Assembly (NCBI GenBank): GCA_963748215.1
Contig: CAVVHS010000009.1
Coordinates: 1-64,000 of the forward strand
Direction: 5' to 3'
Source of the DNA: an uncultured Gammaproteobacteria bacterium
GTDB lineage: Bacteria; Pseudomonadota; Gammaproteobacteria; UBA9214
Length of the DNA stretch: 64,000 nucleotides
A program made the translations under genes and the position numbers. Shown here piece after piece: positions 43,923-53,246 of this stretch. Under the pieces are notes generated by a model that saw nothing but the letters and a program-made list of their open reading frames with translations, made no database searches and had not been told where the DNA came from. Within the stretch, counting starts at the first letter, position 1; the number at the start of each line of letters is the position of its first letter.

Positions 43923-44444
43923 TCAGCGCTCATCCAGGCTGCGCGCCCGGACCAGTTCGACCAGCCGTGCACTGTCGTTAGCGAGCCGCTGCCATTCAGT
44001 ATCGATTTCGAGTCGGGCCAGCGCCGCGGTGGGCATCAGCTTGCCGTCTTCCGGGCGCGGCACGCTATCACCCAGCAGGTCGGCCAGCAGGTCTTCGAGG
44101 CCCGGGTTGTGTCCGACCAGCATGGCCGTGTGTATGCCGGGCGGCAACTGCCTGAGCACGGCAAGCAGTGTCGGGCTGCTCGCCAGGTAGACACGGTCAT
44201 CCCGCGCGATCTGTTCCGGCGGGATGTCCAGCGCCTTACAGACCAGGGTTGCCGTGCGCAGGGTCCTGGCCGCCGGTGAGGCGATGATTATCCCGGGCCG
44301 CAGACCCTGTTCGGCCAGCCATTGCCCGATGCGCTTGCTGTTGCGCGTGCCGCGCCTGGCCAGCGGCCGTCTGAAATCGTCCGCCGCCCCGGCCTCCCAG
44401 TCGGACTTGCCATGTCGCAGCAGCAGCAGGGTGCGTGTCGTCAT
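43923..44444 (-). CDS. SixA-like histidine phosphatase
   Basis: LLRHGKS, DFRRPLA.RG, VGHNPG. Confidence 0.88.
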   Translation of the reverse strand: MTTRTLLLLRHGKSDWEAGAADDFRRPLARRGTRNSKRIGQWLAEQGLRPGIIIASPAARTLRTATLVCKALDIPPEQIARDDRVYLASSPTLLAVLRQLPPGIHTAMLVGHNPGLEDLLADLLGDSVPRPEDGKLMPTAALARLEIDTEWQRLANDSARLVELVRARSLDER

Positions 44445-44509
44445 AGGCTCAACGGGCAGCGGGGTGGCGCGTGGGTGACGGGCAGCTACGACGGCACTGA
44501 CTGGAGGGT

Positions 44510-44775
44510 TCAGGTGTCGGCGAGCTTCTCGAGCAGGGTCGTTTGTGCACTGGTCGGATCATCATTGCCGGGTAGCAGTCGATGGTAGCTGCCGTCCGGC
44601 TGCAGCGTCCAGGCCTGGGTATTGTCGGCCAGTAGATGGCCACTCATTCAGTATGCGCGATCTGGGCTGCCCGTCAAGAATCGGGAAGGCGATCTCGATC
44701 CGCTGGAACAGGTAGCGTTCCATCAGGTTGGCGCTTGCGTAATAGAGCCGGACATCCCCCGCGTTTCCGATCGTC
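44510..44775 (-). pseudogene. ppk1: 3' remnant of polyphosphate kinase 1
   Basis: GNAGD.RLYYASANLMERYLFQRIEIAFPILD and LADNTQAWTLQPDGSY...SAQTTLLEKLA* across shifted frames; 5' part absent. Confidence 0.75.
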
Positions 44776-44867
44776 GTAATCCATGCACGATGGAGCGAGG
44801 CGTGAATCATGAACAAGGCTACCGGCTGTCATGCTGGATGGCCACGGAAGCACACGGAAACACGGAT

Positions 44868-44915
44868 GTAGGGTGCGTTTTACGCACCAGGAACGGTGCA
44901 CGGAGTGCACCCTAC
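44868..44915. repeat. inverted GTAG REP doublet
   Basis: GTAGGGTGCGTTTTACGCACC...GGTGCACGGAGTGCACCCTAC. Confidence 0.88.
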
Positions 44916-45101
44916 ATCCCTGTCGATCCGGCAGCTAGCCGAAATCCGAAGCCACCGGGTTTGGCCGATGGAGTATATGGCTGGCAGGATTGTGCGTCGG
45001 CGTGGGGGGCATGCTTGTCCCGGTACCGTCACAGCCTGCCGCCGAGCGCCAGTTTGTGACGGAATCCAGACAATAAACGTCGTAAATTTGACGTTTATTG
45101 T

Positions 45102-45326
45102 CTATTGCAGGGTGGCCAGCTTGTCGAACAGCTGTTTGCCAATCAGGTGCATCAATTCCTGCATGGTCAGGCTGCCAGGTACTTCTTTCACATTGGAAAA
45201 CCAGATGTTTTCGACCTGGCCGTTGTCTTCTGCCGTCTGTTCCGTGACCAGCGGGAGCCCAATGAAAATACCCTGTTTGCCATCATCCAGGCCTACTGTA
45301 ATCAATTGAAGTTCCAGTGTTTTCAT
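45102..45326 (-). CDS. small hypothetical protein
   Basis: AAGGAG RBS, 74 aa. Confidence 0.6.
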   Translation of the reverse strand: MKTLELQLITVGLDDGKQGIFIGLPLVTEQTAEDNGQVENIWFSNVKEVPGSLTMQELMHLIGKQLFDKLATLQ

Positions 45327-45428
45327 GTCGAGATCTCCTTGTGATCCTGCAACCGCCGGCAGGCCGGGTTTTTCAGGGGATACGACATTAACCATGCATT
45401 TCACATGCCATTAGGCCGGTGGTGCCGT

Positions 45429-47129
45429 TCAGTCCGCGCCATTGCCGGAGAACAGCCGCCATATGGCGCCGCTGGGGCGGTCGCGGCCGGTACAGATGAA
45501 ATTGAGCGCATGATCGTTATTTGCGGTCCAGAGCATATGGGTTTCAGCGTGACGACGCCCGCAGAACAGCAGCTCGTCACCGGGGTGCAGAGGGGTGTCT
45601 TCCTCCGGCAACAACAGTTCGCTCTGGTCGGCGCGCTTCAGGTACAGCGGCACACAGGGCAGTCGCTGGGCGACTTCGCGCGGGTCCGTGACGAGATGGC
45701 ACAAGGTGACCTTCAGGTCCTTGCTGATGGCTTCCTGCAATGCGGGCGTGTCCTGGTCCGAGATCTTCAGTGTCCAGGTTTCCGGTGCCTGGTCGGTCAG
45801 GATGCCGGCCACGCGACTCACCAGTACGTTTGCCCATTGCTCGTTCTGTGTCCTGGCCAGGCGCAGAAAACTGGTCAGCAGGGGGTTGGTGATCAGGTCG
45901 AGGATGCGGCGGCCGATAATTGCGCCGGACTTCATGATCAGATCGATGTTTGCAGCAGCGAAAATTCCGTCATTGTTGCTCAGGTTCTGGCGCGCCACGG
46001 TGAACAGGTTTTTGTTCATATCGCGCGCGGTCATGATGATGGACAGGTTGTTGGCATCGTCATCGGTGCCGGCAATCACGCCCTCGGCATGCTCGATGCC
46101 GGCCTCGTACAGGGTGATGGCCTCGGTGCCGCGACCCTCGATGGTGCCTTCCGGCGCCGCAGTGGTCTTGACATCCAGCTCGACGATGACAGTACGTATG
46201 CCCTTGAAGGACAGGCTTTTCTGCACGGCCTTGCCGAAGCGGCCAAAGCCGCACACGACCCAGGTTCCGCGCGGTGGTGCGACGAACTCGCGCAGCGGTG
46301 CCTCCTGTATGCTGGTCATCCATTCATAGACCAGGAACATGCTGGGTGACTGGAACATCATGGCAAAGCGCTCGGCAAAGGCATCGAACGGATTGATGAT
46401 GTAATCGGTGCCGAACGAAGCCATGTTGGCCTGTTCGTCATGGGTATCGGCGCGGCAGATGACCTGCTGCTCCGGGGCGAGCAGCTTGCTGCTGATGGCC
46501 ACGGTCAGGTTGACGTGATCGTTGCCGGTCAGAGCGATGACCCCGGCACATTCCGGCTTGTCCAGCCCGGCCGCCAGCAGCGACGAGGAGTCGGCCACGT
46601 CGGCACACAACGCCGGGATATCAACCGGGTAATTCTCCAGACCCAGGGACTGCACGCGGTCTTCGTCGCGATCGATGACCACGCTGAGGATGTGATCCGC
46701 GGCCAGTTCGCGCACCACCAGCTGTCCGGCATCACCCATGCCGCAGACCAGGTAAAAGGACTCCTTGATCTTTTTCACTGAACGGGTAAAGGTGGCATAG
46801 GCCAGCACGCGTTTAAAGGCCGGGTCCTGCAACACCGCGAACAGCGAGCCGATCGCATACAGCCAGGAGATGACGGTCAGGTACATGGCGAGGCTGGTCC
46901 ACAGCCGTTGCGAGTCGGTGAACGGGTACGGAACCTCGCCGAAGCCGATGGTGGTACCCATGTAGCTGACGAAATAGAAGGCATGAAACAGGGTCATGCG
47001 CCAGGGATTGCCCTGGTCGTCGACGCCGGGTATCAGCACCAGACCTGTGATCGAGATGGTATAGGCCAGGATCACCACGATCAGCGGCAGCCGCATGCGA
47101 CGCAGCATCAGGTAGATGATGTTCTGCAT
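45429..47129 (-). CDS. potassium channel with NAD-binding (RCK/TrkA-N) domains
   Basis: TTIGFGE filter; GMGDAG and GFGRFG RCK motifs. Confidence 0.9.
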   Translation of the reverse strand: MQNIIYLMLRRMRLPLIVVILAYTISITGLVLIPGVDDQGNPWRMTLFHAFYFVSYMGTTIGFGEVPYPFTDSQRLWTSLAMYLTVISWLYAIGSLFAVLQDPAFKRVLAYATFTRSVKKIKESFYLVCGMGDAGQLVVRELAADHILSVVIDRDEDRVQSLGLENYPVDIPALCADVADSSSLLAAGLDKPECAGVIALTGNDHVNLTVAISSKLLAPEQQVICRADTHDEQANMASFGTDYIINPFDAFAERFAMMFQSPSMFLVYEWMTSIQEAPLREFVAPPRGTWVVCGFGRFGKAVQKSLSFKGIRTVIVELDVKTTAAPEGTIEGRGTEAITLYEAGIEHAEGVIAGTDDDANNLSIIMTARDMNKNLFTVARQNLSNNDGIFAAANIDLIMKSGAIIGRRILDLITNPLLTSFLRLARTQNEQWANVLVSRVAGILTDQAPETWTLKISDQDTPALQEAISKDLKVTLCHLVTDPREVAQRLPCVPLYLKRADQSELLLPEEDTPLHPGDELLFCGRRHAETHMLWTANNDHALNFICTGRDRPSGAIWRLFSGNGAD

Positions 47130-47131
47130 GG

Positions 47132-47515
47132 CTAGCGGCGGAACATGACCGTTTCGGTGACGAGGATGACGACCGAGGTGATATTGGCAAGCAGCGCGCC
47201 GCCCGACAGCGAGACGATACTGGACATGACCATGGGCGTCAGGCCGGCGCCGGTGCCATGTTCCGAGATGGTCCAGACGATGGTGGCGGCAATCAGTTGC
47301 AGGTCGGCGACCAGGCTGGTGGCCAGCAGCACGGCACCGATGTGGGCGCGATCGCCGAATTTCATGATGGTGGCGATCAGGCTGACGACCAGCGCCGCGT
47401 ACAGTTCGTAGACGTTGTGGTGGTTCGGGTCATCGAGGTCGCCAATGAAGAAACCGAAATTCAGTGTCAGTGACAGGACAATGAAGAATGCGAATACGAC
47501 TTTCTCCAGATTCAT
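47132..47515 (-). CDS. DUF6394-like small membrane protein
   Basis: MNLEKVVF.FF..TLNFGF, TSLVADLQLI; abuts the K+ channel gene. Confidence 0.75.
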   Translation of the reverse strand: MNLEKVVFAFFIVLSLTLNFGFFIGDLDDPNHHNVYELYAALVVSLIATIMKFGDRAHIGAVLLATSLVADLQLIAATIVWTISEHGTGAGLTPMVMSSIVSLSGGALLANITSVVILVTETVMFRR

Positions 47516-47669
47516 GGACGACTCCTCGGTAGTTGTTCTGGGTAGGGTTGCGGGATTGCCTGCCCGGTCGGCGCGTCTGGTCAGGATAGCAAATCGTCCC
47601 GGCCTGATGTTACATCGGCGATGTGCCCGGCAGATTGAAAATTAACGGTCCGCGTTCGACAATGGGACG

Positions 47670-48623
47670 ATGGTGACCGGCGATATCGAAGAGGCGTTGC
47701 TGCGCCTCCTGCGGGCGCGGGTGGGCAAGACCCACCTGCGCCAGCGGCTGGGCCTGGAGAGAACCCACCTGCGCAGGGTGTTCGGGCAGGGCAGGACCTT
47801 TTTCCACATCGAGAACCTGTACATCCTGCGCTCGTTCATTCGCAATTCCCTGCGCGTGTCGCTGCTGCATGGCCGGGCCCGGCGCAATGCGCGCCGCATC
47901 GAACTGCGGCATAACGACATCGGCATACCCGGCTTGCCCGGGGCGTTCGAGAATTACACCATCCTGCAGCTTTCTGACCTGCACCTGGACGTCGCGCCGG
48001 ACATGCCGCACGTGCTTTGCGAGGCGGTACACCAGCTGGAATATGACCTCTGCGTGCTGACCGGTGACTACCGGGCGGAAACCTGGGGCCCCTATGATGA
48101 CGCGCTGGCCGGGTTGCGGCAGGTCAGGGCGCAGCTGGGCGGTACGGTGTACGGCATCCTCGGCAACCACGATTCCATCTGCATGCTGCCGGCGATGGAG
48201 GACATGGGTATCCGCGTCCTGCTGAATGAGCAGGTCACCATCGAACGCGATGGCGAGTGCCTGTACCTGTCCGGTATCGATGATCCGCACTTCTATCGTG
48301 CCGACAACCTGGAAAAGGCGGCCGACGACATACCGGACGGCGCCGTTTCGATCCTGCTGGCACATTCGCCGGAGATCTATCGCCATGCGGCACACGCGGA
48401 CTTCAACGTGATGCTCTGTGGCCACACCCATGGCGGCCAGATCTGCCTGCCCGGCGGCATACCCGTCATGTCCAATGCAGGCTGCCCGCGCAGCTATTGC
48501 GCCGGCGCCTGGCAGTATCAGGGCATGACAGGCTATACCTCGGCCGGGTCCGGTGTGTGCGTGGTGGATGTCCGCCTGAACTGCCCACCCGAGATCACCC
48601 TGCATCACCTGCATCGCGCCTGA
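47670..48623 (+). CDS. metallophosphoesterase (calcineurin-like)
   Basis: SDLH, TGD, GNHD, GHTHGGQ. Confidence 0.9.
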   Translation: MVTGDIEEALLRLLRARVGKTHLRQRLGLERTHLRRVFGQGRTFFHIENLYILRSFIRNSLRVSLLHGRARRNARRIELRHNDIGIPGLPGAFENYTILQLSDLHLDVAPDMPHVLCEAVHQLEYDLCVLTGDYRAETWGPYDDALAGLRQVRAQLGGTVYGILGNHDSICMLPAMEDMGIRVLLNEQVTIERDGECLYLSGIDDPHFYRADNLEKAADDIPDGAVSILLAHSPEIYRHAAHADFNVMLCGHTHGGQICLPGGIPVMSNAGCPRSYCAGAWQYQGMTGYTSAGSGVCVVDVRLNCPPEITLHHLHRA

Positions 48624-49087
48624 CCGGGGTCGATGAGGCTGGACAACATCAGGTCCAGGATGAAAAACGCCGTCGCCGCCACCACGATCTCCACAACGCC
48701 CGCCCCGGTCAGCGGCTGCAGTACCAGCAAGGGCAGCAGTGACTCGGGCAGCTGGTCCAGTCCCGGGCTGGCGCAACTGGACGAAAAGCCCAGCCGGCGC
48801 TTGACGAAACTGGAGCCGCAATCGCCGAGCATGGCCAGGCCACTGAACAGCGCACCGTATTGCCAGCTGAATCCGAGTACGGTGGCGGCGAGGCCGGTTG
48901 CCAGCAGGGAAGCGAGCACGCCGCGCATGGTCTTGGCGTCCCCAAGCAGGCGCCGCCCGTCCCTGCAGACATGGCCGCCGTCCAGCGGTGCCCTCCAGCG
49001 GTCGCGCAACAGCAGACCTGCCAGTACCGGGGTGCCATTGGCGATCAGCAGCAACAGTAAGAGTTCGATGGCCAGCTGTGTGTTCAT
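48605..49087 (-). CDS. CDP-archaeol synthase (CarS/DUF46)-like membrane protein
   Basis: ANGTPV, PLDGG..DG.RLLG.AKT.RG, GD..SSFVKRRLG, LDQ. Confidence 0.8.
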   Translation of the reverse strand: MNTQLAIELLLLLLIANGTPVLAGLLLRDRWRAPLDGGHVCRDGRRLLGDAKTMRGVLASLLATGLAATVLGFSWQYGALFSGLAMLGDCGSSFVKRRLGFSSSCASPGLDQLPESLLPLLVLQPLTGAGVVEIVVAATAFFILDLMLSSLIDPGQARCR

Positions 49088-49179
49088 GCCGCAAGGGATG
49101 CTTTGATCTGGGTGGTATTCGAAGGGTAACGGGACAAGGCGGATCATGCGACCCGTCAGGCGCTAAAAAACCGGCGCGG

Positions 49180-49209
49180 AAAAAAAGAAACCCGCCACGA
49201 GGGCGGGTT
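49180..49209 (-). terminator. rho-independent terminator
   Basis: AACCCGCC/GGCGGGTT stem followed by a T-run on the minus strand. Confidence 0.65.
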
Positions 49210-49230
49210 GTAATGGAGGTTGGTGTCGGG

Positions 49231-49506
49231 CTAACACTCAAATATCAAATGCTGCATATCAACTAGGTATTGTCGCTGCTGTTCGACCCAAGAAAGGGAG
49301 TCGGGATCATCAGCGGCAGCACGTTGCACTTCATCGATCCGGCGCGCCGCCTCTTCGAGGCGTAGTGCCTGTTCCATCCTGTCCAGGCGTGATAACTCGT
49401 CGACATCGAAGGTAATGTTTTTCAAGGTATCGCTCCTGCAACATGACCTGATCAATGAATGAATATGATTACGCCCGCTGGGCCGAAGACTGTCAACCAC
49501 AATCAT
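49231..49506 (-). CDS. hypothetical protein
   Basis: 91-aa ORF followed by a terminator. Confidence 0.45.
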   Translation of the reverse strand: MIVVDSLRPSGRNHIHSLIRSCCRSDTLKNITFDVDELSRLDRMEQALRLEEAARRIDEVQRAAADDPDSLSWVEQQRQYLVDMQHLIFEC

Positions 49507-49926
49507 TTGGCGTTAATTTGGGCATTGCCGAGGGGCCGAATGTAGGGGTCTGATAATGCTTGTATATCGGAATCGGGTAATGTTGGTATATTCAGAACCT
49601 AGCTGAAAATATTTTCCCCTCCCCGTCATTCATTGCGCAACACATTGTTAAATATAGTAATAATATTTTTCTATCGGGAGTGGAGTCGCGCTCGACAGCG
49701 GGTTATGGGAAGTGTTTTCCAGCTTAGTGCGATAAGCTCATGTTAACGATGACGAAAAAAATCCTGCTCATAAAAAGGGATATTTTAATATTCAGTCTTG
49801 CTTATTAAGCAAACTCTTATATACTGTTGCCGTGCCCGCTCAGGCGAGCCTGGCAAGCATGCCGGGTGGCGGTGACAGCCGCCGGGTGCGGGCGGTTCCC
49901 GATGTGACGAATGTGCCCGAGACAGG

Positions 49927-50760
49927 ATGAAACTTATGAAGCGATTGTTACTGGGTGTGCTATTCCCCCTGCTGGCCATGACGGCCCTGAGTGCGCGTGC
50001 CGAGGTGGTCGTGCTGGTGCACGGTTACCTGAGCGGTGCGGGCTACTGGGACGAGAGCGGGGTGACCACGGTGATGCAGCAGAACGGCTGGAAACGCGCC
50101 GGCGTCTACATCGCCGGACCGGGTGGTATGGGGTTTGTTCCCGCCCCTGGCATGCAGGCCGCGAACAAATTCTACGCCGTCGATCTGCCGTCCGAGGCGC
50201 CGGTGCTGGTGCAGGTTTACCAGCTGCACGAGATCCTGACTGCCATCGCGCAACGGCATGGACAGGAACCTGTCGTGCTGGTCGGCCATTCGGCCGGTGG
50301 TGTGGTTGCCCGCACCGCGCTGGTGCGTGGCGATAGCCATAACGTCAAGGCGCTGATCACCATCGCCAGCCCGCATCTCGGTACCTGGCGCGCCGAACAG
50401 GCGCTGGATGCGACCGACATCCCGTTCCCGTTTTCGCTGGTGACGGATTTCTTCGGTGGCGACCTCTACGACACGGCCATGCGCTCGCGCAGCCTGTACG
50501 TCGACCTGGTGCGTCCCTACCCGGGCAGCCTGCTGTTCTGGCTGAACAGCCAGCCGCACCCGGACATCAAGTATGTCTCGATTGTGCGGGCCGAGACCGA
50601 GGCGGGCTGGGGCGACTACGTGGTTCCGTCCTACAGTCAGGATATGAACAATGTGCCGGCCCTGCACGGCCGTTCCTCGCTGCTCACCATCCCGGCCAAC
50701 CACGGCCTGGCGCCGCAGGACGGTACACTCATCGTCAAGTTGCTGGCCGATCTCGGCTAG
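49927..50760 (+). CDS. secreted lipase-like alpha/beta hydrolase
   Basis: signal peptide, VLVHG, GHSAGG, IASPHLGT. Confidence 0.88.
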   Translation: MKLMKRLLLGVLFPLLAMTALSARAEVVVLVHGYLSGAGYWDESGVTTVMQQNGWKRAGVYIAGPGGMGFVPAPGMQAANKFYAVDLPSEAPVLVQVYQLHEILTAIAQRHGQEPVVLVGHSAGGVVARTALVRGDSHNVKALITIASPHLGTWRAEQALDATDIPFPFSLVTDFFGGDLYDTAMRSRSLYVDLVRPYPGSLLFWLNSQPHPDIKYVSIVRAETEAGWGDYVVPSYSQDMNNVPALHGRSSLLTIPANHGLAPQDGTLIVKLLADLG

Positions 50761-50917
50761 CCCGGGCGCGCCCTTTCCCCGGCCGTCCACCGGCCAGTTC
50801 TGACAAGTATCTGAATTTATTCGGCACGGCTGTCTCGTCCCCGGGCGGGGCAGCCGTTGCTGTTGCCACACTCGCCGGCATGGCCATTCCGACATCGGCC
50901 GGGTTCACCTAAGCCGT

Positions 50918-50944
50918 TCAAGTTGTGGAATTTTCCGCCGCTAC
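50918..50944 (+). promoter_or_regulatory. sigma28-like promoter candidate for the signalling/pilus operon
   Basis: TCAA-N15-GCCGCTAC, 35 bp upstream of the ATG at 50980. Confidence 0.4.
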
Positions 50945-50979
50945 AGGGCAGTGCAACAGATTCCTCGTCGGAGATAAGC

Positions 50980-52839
50980 ATGCCGCTCAACAGGATTGTG
51001 AGTGCGTGGAGAAAAGAACGCCTGGGGCTGACGATGATTGTCGCCTCACTCGCGGTAATTACCATTACCGTGCTGCTGCTGTTCCTGCATCAGCAGCGGG
51101 AGGAGCAGGCCCATGTGCGCGAGCAGGGCACGAACCTGGTCCGTATCCTGTCCCGCATTCCCTATGAGCAGTTCGTACCGGTGCCGGGCAAGGCCGGCAT
51201 CCTGTCCGTCCTGCAACAAACCCAGAACACCTCGGCACTGGCCTATCTTGCGATTGTGGACAGCGCGGGCCGTCATGTGGAGGAAATCGCCGGCAGTGGC
51301 GTGATCATCCCGTCTGCGCCAATTTCGACGGATCCCACCGGCTGGGTCGGGCAACGCATGCTGACGATGCCCGCCGGCGGACGCGAGGTTACGGAATTTC
51401 ATGCGCCGCTGTTCGACGGCGGGCAGATGGCCGGCTATGTGCGACTCGGCTATCTCAGGCCCGGCTTCGGCCTGAGCACCGATCAGGTCGCGTTTGTCGC
51501 GACCTTCGCCCTGCCGATCTTCCTGCTGACGCCGCTGTTCTACTTCCTGGTCAGACGGGAAGTCCGCCCCCTGCAGCAGGTCAGCAGCCGGCTCGATCGG
51601 CTGATGGACCAGGGCAGCCTCACCGGCAAGGTGGAACTCGCCGTGAGCGATGAACTGCAGGACTTCATGGGACGTTTCAACCGGTTCGTCGACGGTGCGC
51701 AGCAACGCATCGGTGAACTGGAGGCAGACCGCTCGCGGCTGGTAACCTCGTCGAAGCTACTGTCCTACAAGCGGTCCCGCATCGAATCCGTGCTGCAGTC
51801 GTTCCCGGATGCGGTCATGGTGCTGGATGAAAGCGGTAGCGTGAGCCTGGCCAATGCCAGGATCGGGCAGGTGATGGGCGTTCCGCACGAGGATATCCTC
51901 GGCAAGCGACCGGCGGAATGGTGCAAGGACCCCGATATTATCGCGTTCCTGTCCGGCCAGGGCGGCCGGCGCGGTCATGGCTATCATAGCGATGCGTTTG
52001 AATTCCAGCCGGCTTCCCTGTCGGGCAGGACTTATTCCATATCCCCCTATCCGCTGTTCTCGCCGCGTGACACCTCCGAACTCCTCGGCACGCTGGTGGT
52101 GTTTCGCGATATCACTGCCGAGAAGATGGCAAAAAACAGCAGCGGCGAGTTTGTTGCCCATGTGTCCCATGAACTGAAGACGCCACTGAATGTGCTGGCC
52201 ATGTACAGCGAAATGCTGCAGGGCGAGGAGGGCAACCAGGAACAGTTTCGCATCGAGGCGGCCAACGTGATCCACGACGAGGTTGAACGGCTGACCCTGC
52301 TGATCAACAACATCCTCAGCATCACCAAGATCGAGACCGGCAGCATCAGCATCGAGCGCAAGCGTGTCAAGCTCAGGGATCTGCTGCAGGATGCCTTCGC
52401 TGCCTGCGCGCGCAGCGGTCAGGACAAACATCTGGATTTCCAGCTCGATTTGCCGAAAGAACTCAGCCCGGTGGCGCTGGACAAGGACCTGGTGCGCATT
52501 GCCATAAACAACCTGTTGACCAATGCCATCAAGTACAGCAATGAAAATGGCGTGGTCAGGATGTCCGTCGAGGAGACCGACATGGCCGTGCGGATTTCCG
52601 TCAGCGATGAAGGTATCGGAATTCCACTCGAAGAGCAGGAAAAGATTTTCGAAAAATTCTATCGCTCCCATAGCGAAGAGGTGTCCGGCAGGAGCGGCCA
52701 TGGCCTGGGCCTGTCACTGGCGCGCGAGATTGTCCAGCTGCACCACGGGACGCTGACTGTCAACAGCACGCCCGGCAAGGGATCGGAATTTATCGTTGAG
52801 TTCAACAAGGAGGCCGGCCTTCTGAGGCAGGCGGTGTGA
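50980..52839 (+). CDS. membrane sensor histidine kinase (PAS, HisKA, HATPase)
   Basis: two TMs, SHELKTPL, NLLTNAIKYS, DEGIG, GLGL. Confidence 0.93.
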   Translation: MPLNRIVSAWRKERLGLTMIVASLAVITITVLLLFLHQQREEQAHVREQGTNLVRILSRIPYEQFVPVPGKAGILSVLQQTQNTSALAYLAIVDSAGRHVEEIAGSGVIIPSAPISTDPTGWVGQRMLTMPAGGREVTEFHAPLFDGGQMAGYVRLGYLRPGFGLSTDQVAFVATFALPIFLLTPLFYFLVRREVRPLQQVSSRLDRLMDQGSLTGKVELAVSDELQDFMGRFNRFVDGAQQRIGELEADRSRLVTSSKLLSYKRSRIESVLQSFPDAVMVLDESGSVSLANARIGQVMGVPHEDILGKRPAEWCKDPDIIAFLSGQGGRRGHGYHSDAFEFQPASLSGRTYSISPYPLFSPRDTSELLGTLVVFRDITAEKMAKNSSGEFVAHVSHELKTPLNVLAMYSEMLQGEEGNQEQFRIEAANVIHDEVERLTLLINNILSITKIETGSISIERKRVKLRDLLQDAFAACARSGQDKHLDFQLDLPKELSPVALDKDLVRIAINNLLTNAIKYSNENGVVRMSVEETDMAVRISVSDEGIGIPLEEQEKIFEKFYRSHSEEVSGRSGHGLGLSLAREIVQLHHGTLTVNSTPGKGSEFIVEFNKEAGLLRQAV

Positions 52840-53246
52840 GCATGAAAAGGATTTTGATTGTCGACGATGAGCCACATGTCATCCGGGTGATGCGGCTGGC
52901 ACTGGAAAATGCCGGCTATAGTGTCGAGGAGGCCGGTAATGGACAGCAGGCGCTGGAAAAGATACGCAGCAATCCGCCTGATCTCCTCATCAGCGATATC
53001 GACATGCCGCGTATGACCGGCAAGGAGCTGTGCAGCAGGATCACGGAGGAGATGCCCGATCGAAAATTCGGTATCTACATCCTGACCGCACGTGCGGAGG
53101 ATGAGCACCGCTCCTGGTCAAGGGCCATGGGCAACCTCGATTTCCTGGAGAAACCGGTCAGTATCCGCAGGCTGCTTGGCCGGCTGGAAGAATTCTTCAT
53201 TAGCAACAGCTTCAGCGGAGAGCGGCAATGTCATCCGAGCCGCTGA
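52836..53246 (+). CDS. single-domain response regulator
   Basis: ILIVDDE, DIDMP, LTA, EKP. Confidence 0.92.
   Translation: MSMKRILIVDDEPHVIRVMRLALENAGYSVEEAGNGQQALEKIRSNPPDLLISDIDMPRMTGKELCSRITEEMPDRKFGIYILTARAEDEHRSWSRAMGNLDFLEKPVSIRRLLGRLEEFFISNSFSGERQCHPSR

Noticed and set aside
49510-49830. AT-rich tract as an origin or island boundary
   Set aside because: No DnaA-box cluster or att-like repeat seen; consistent with divergent promoters.
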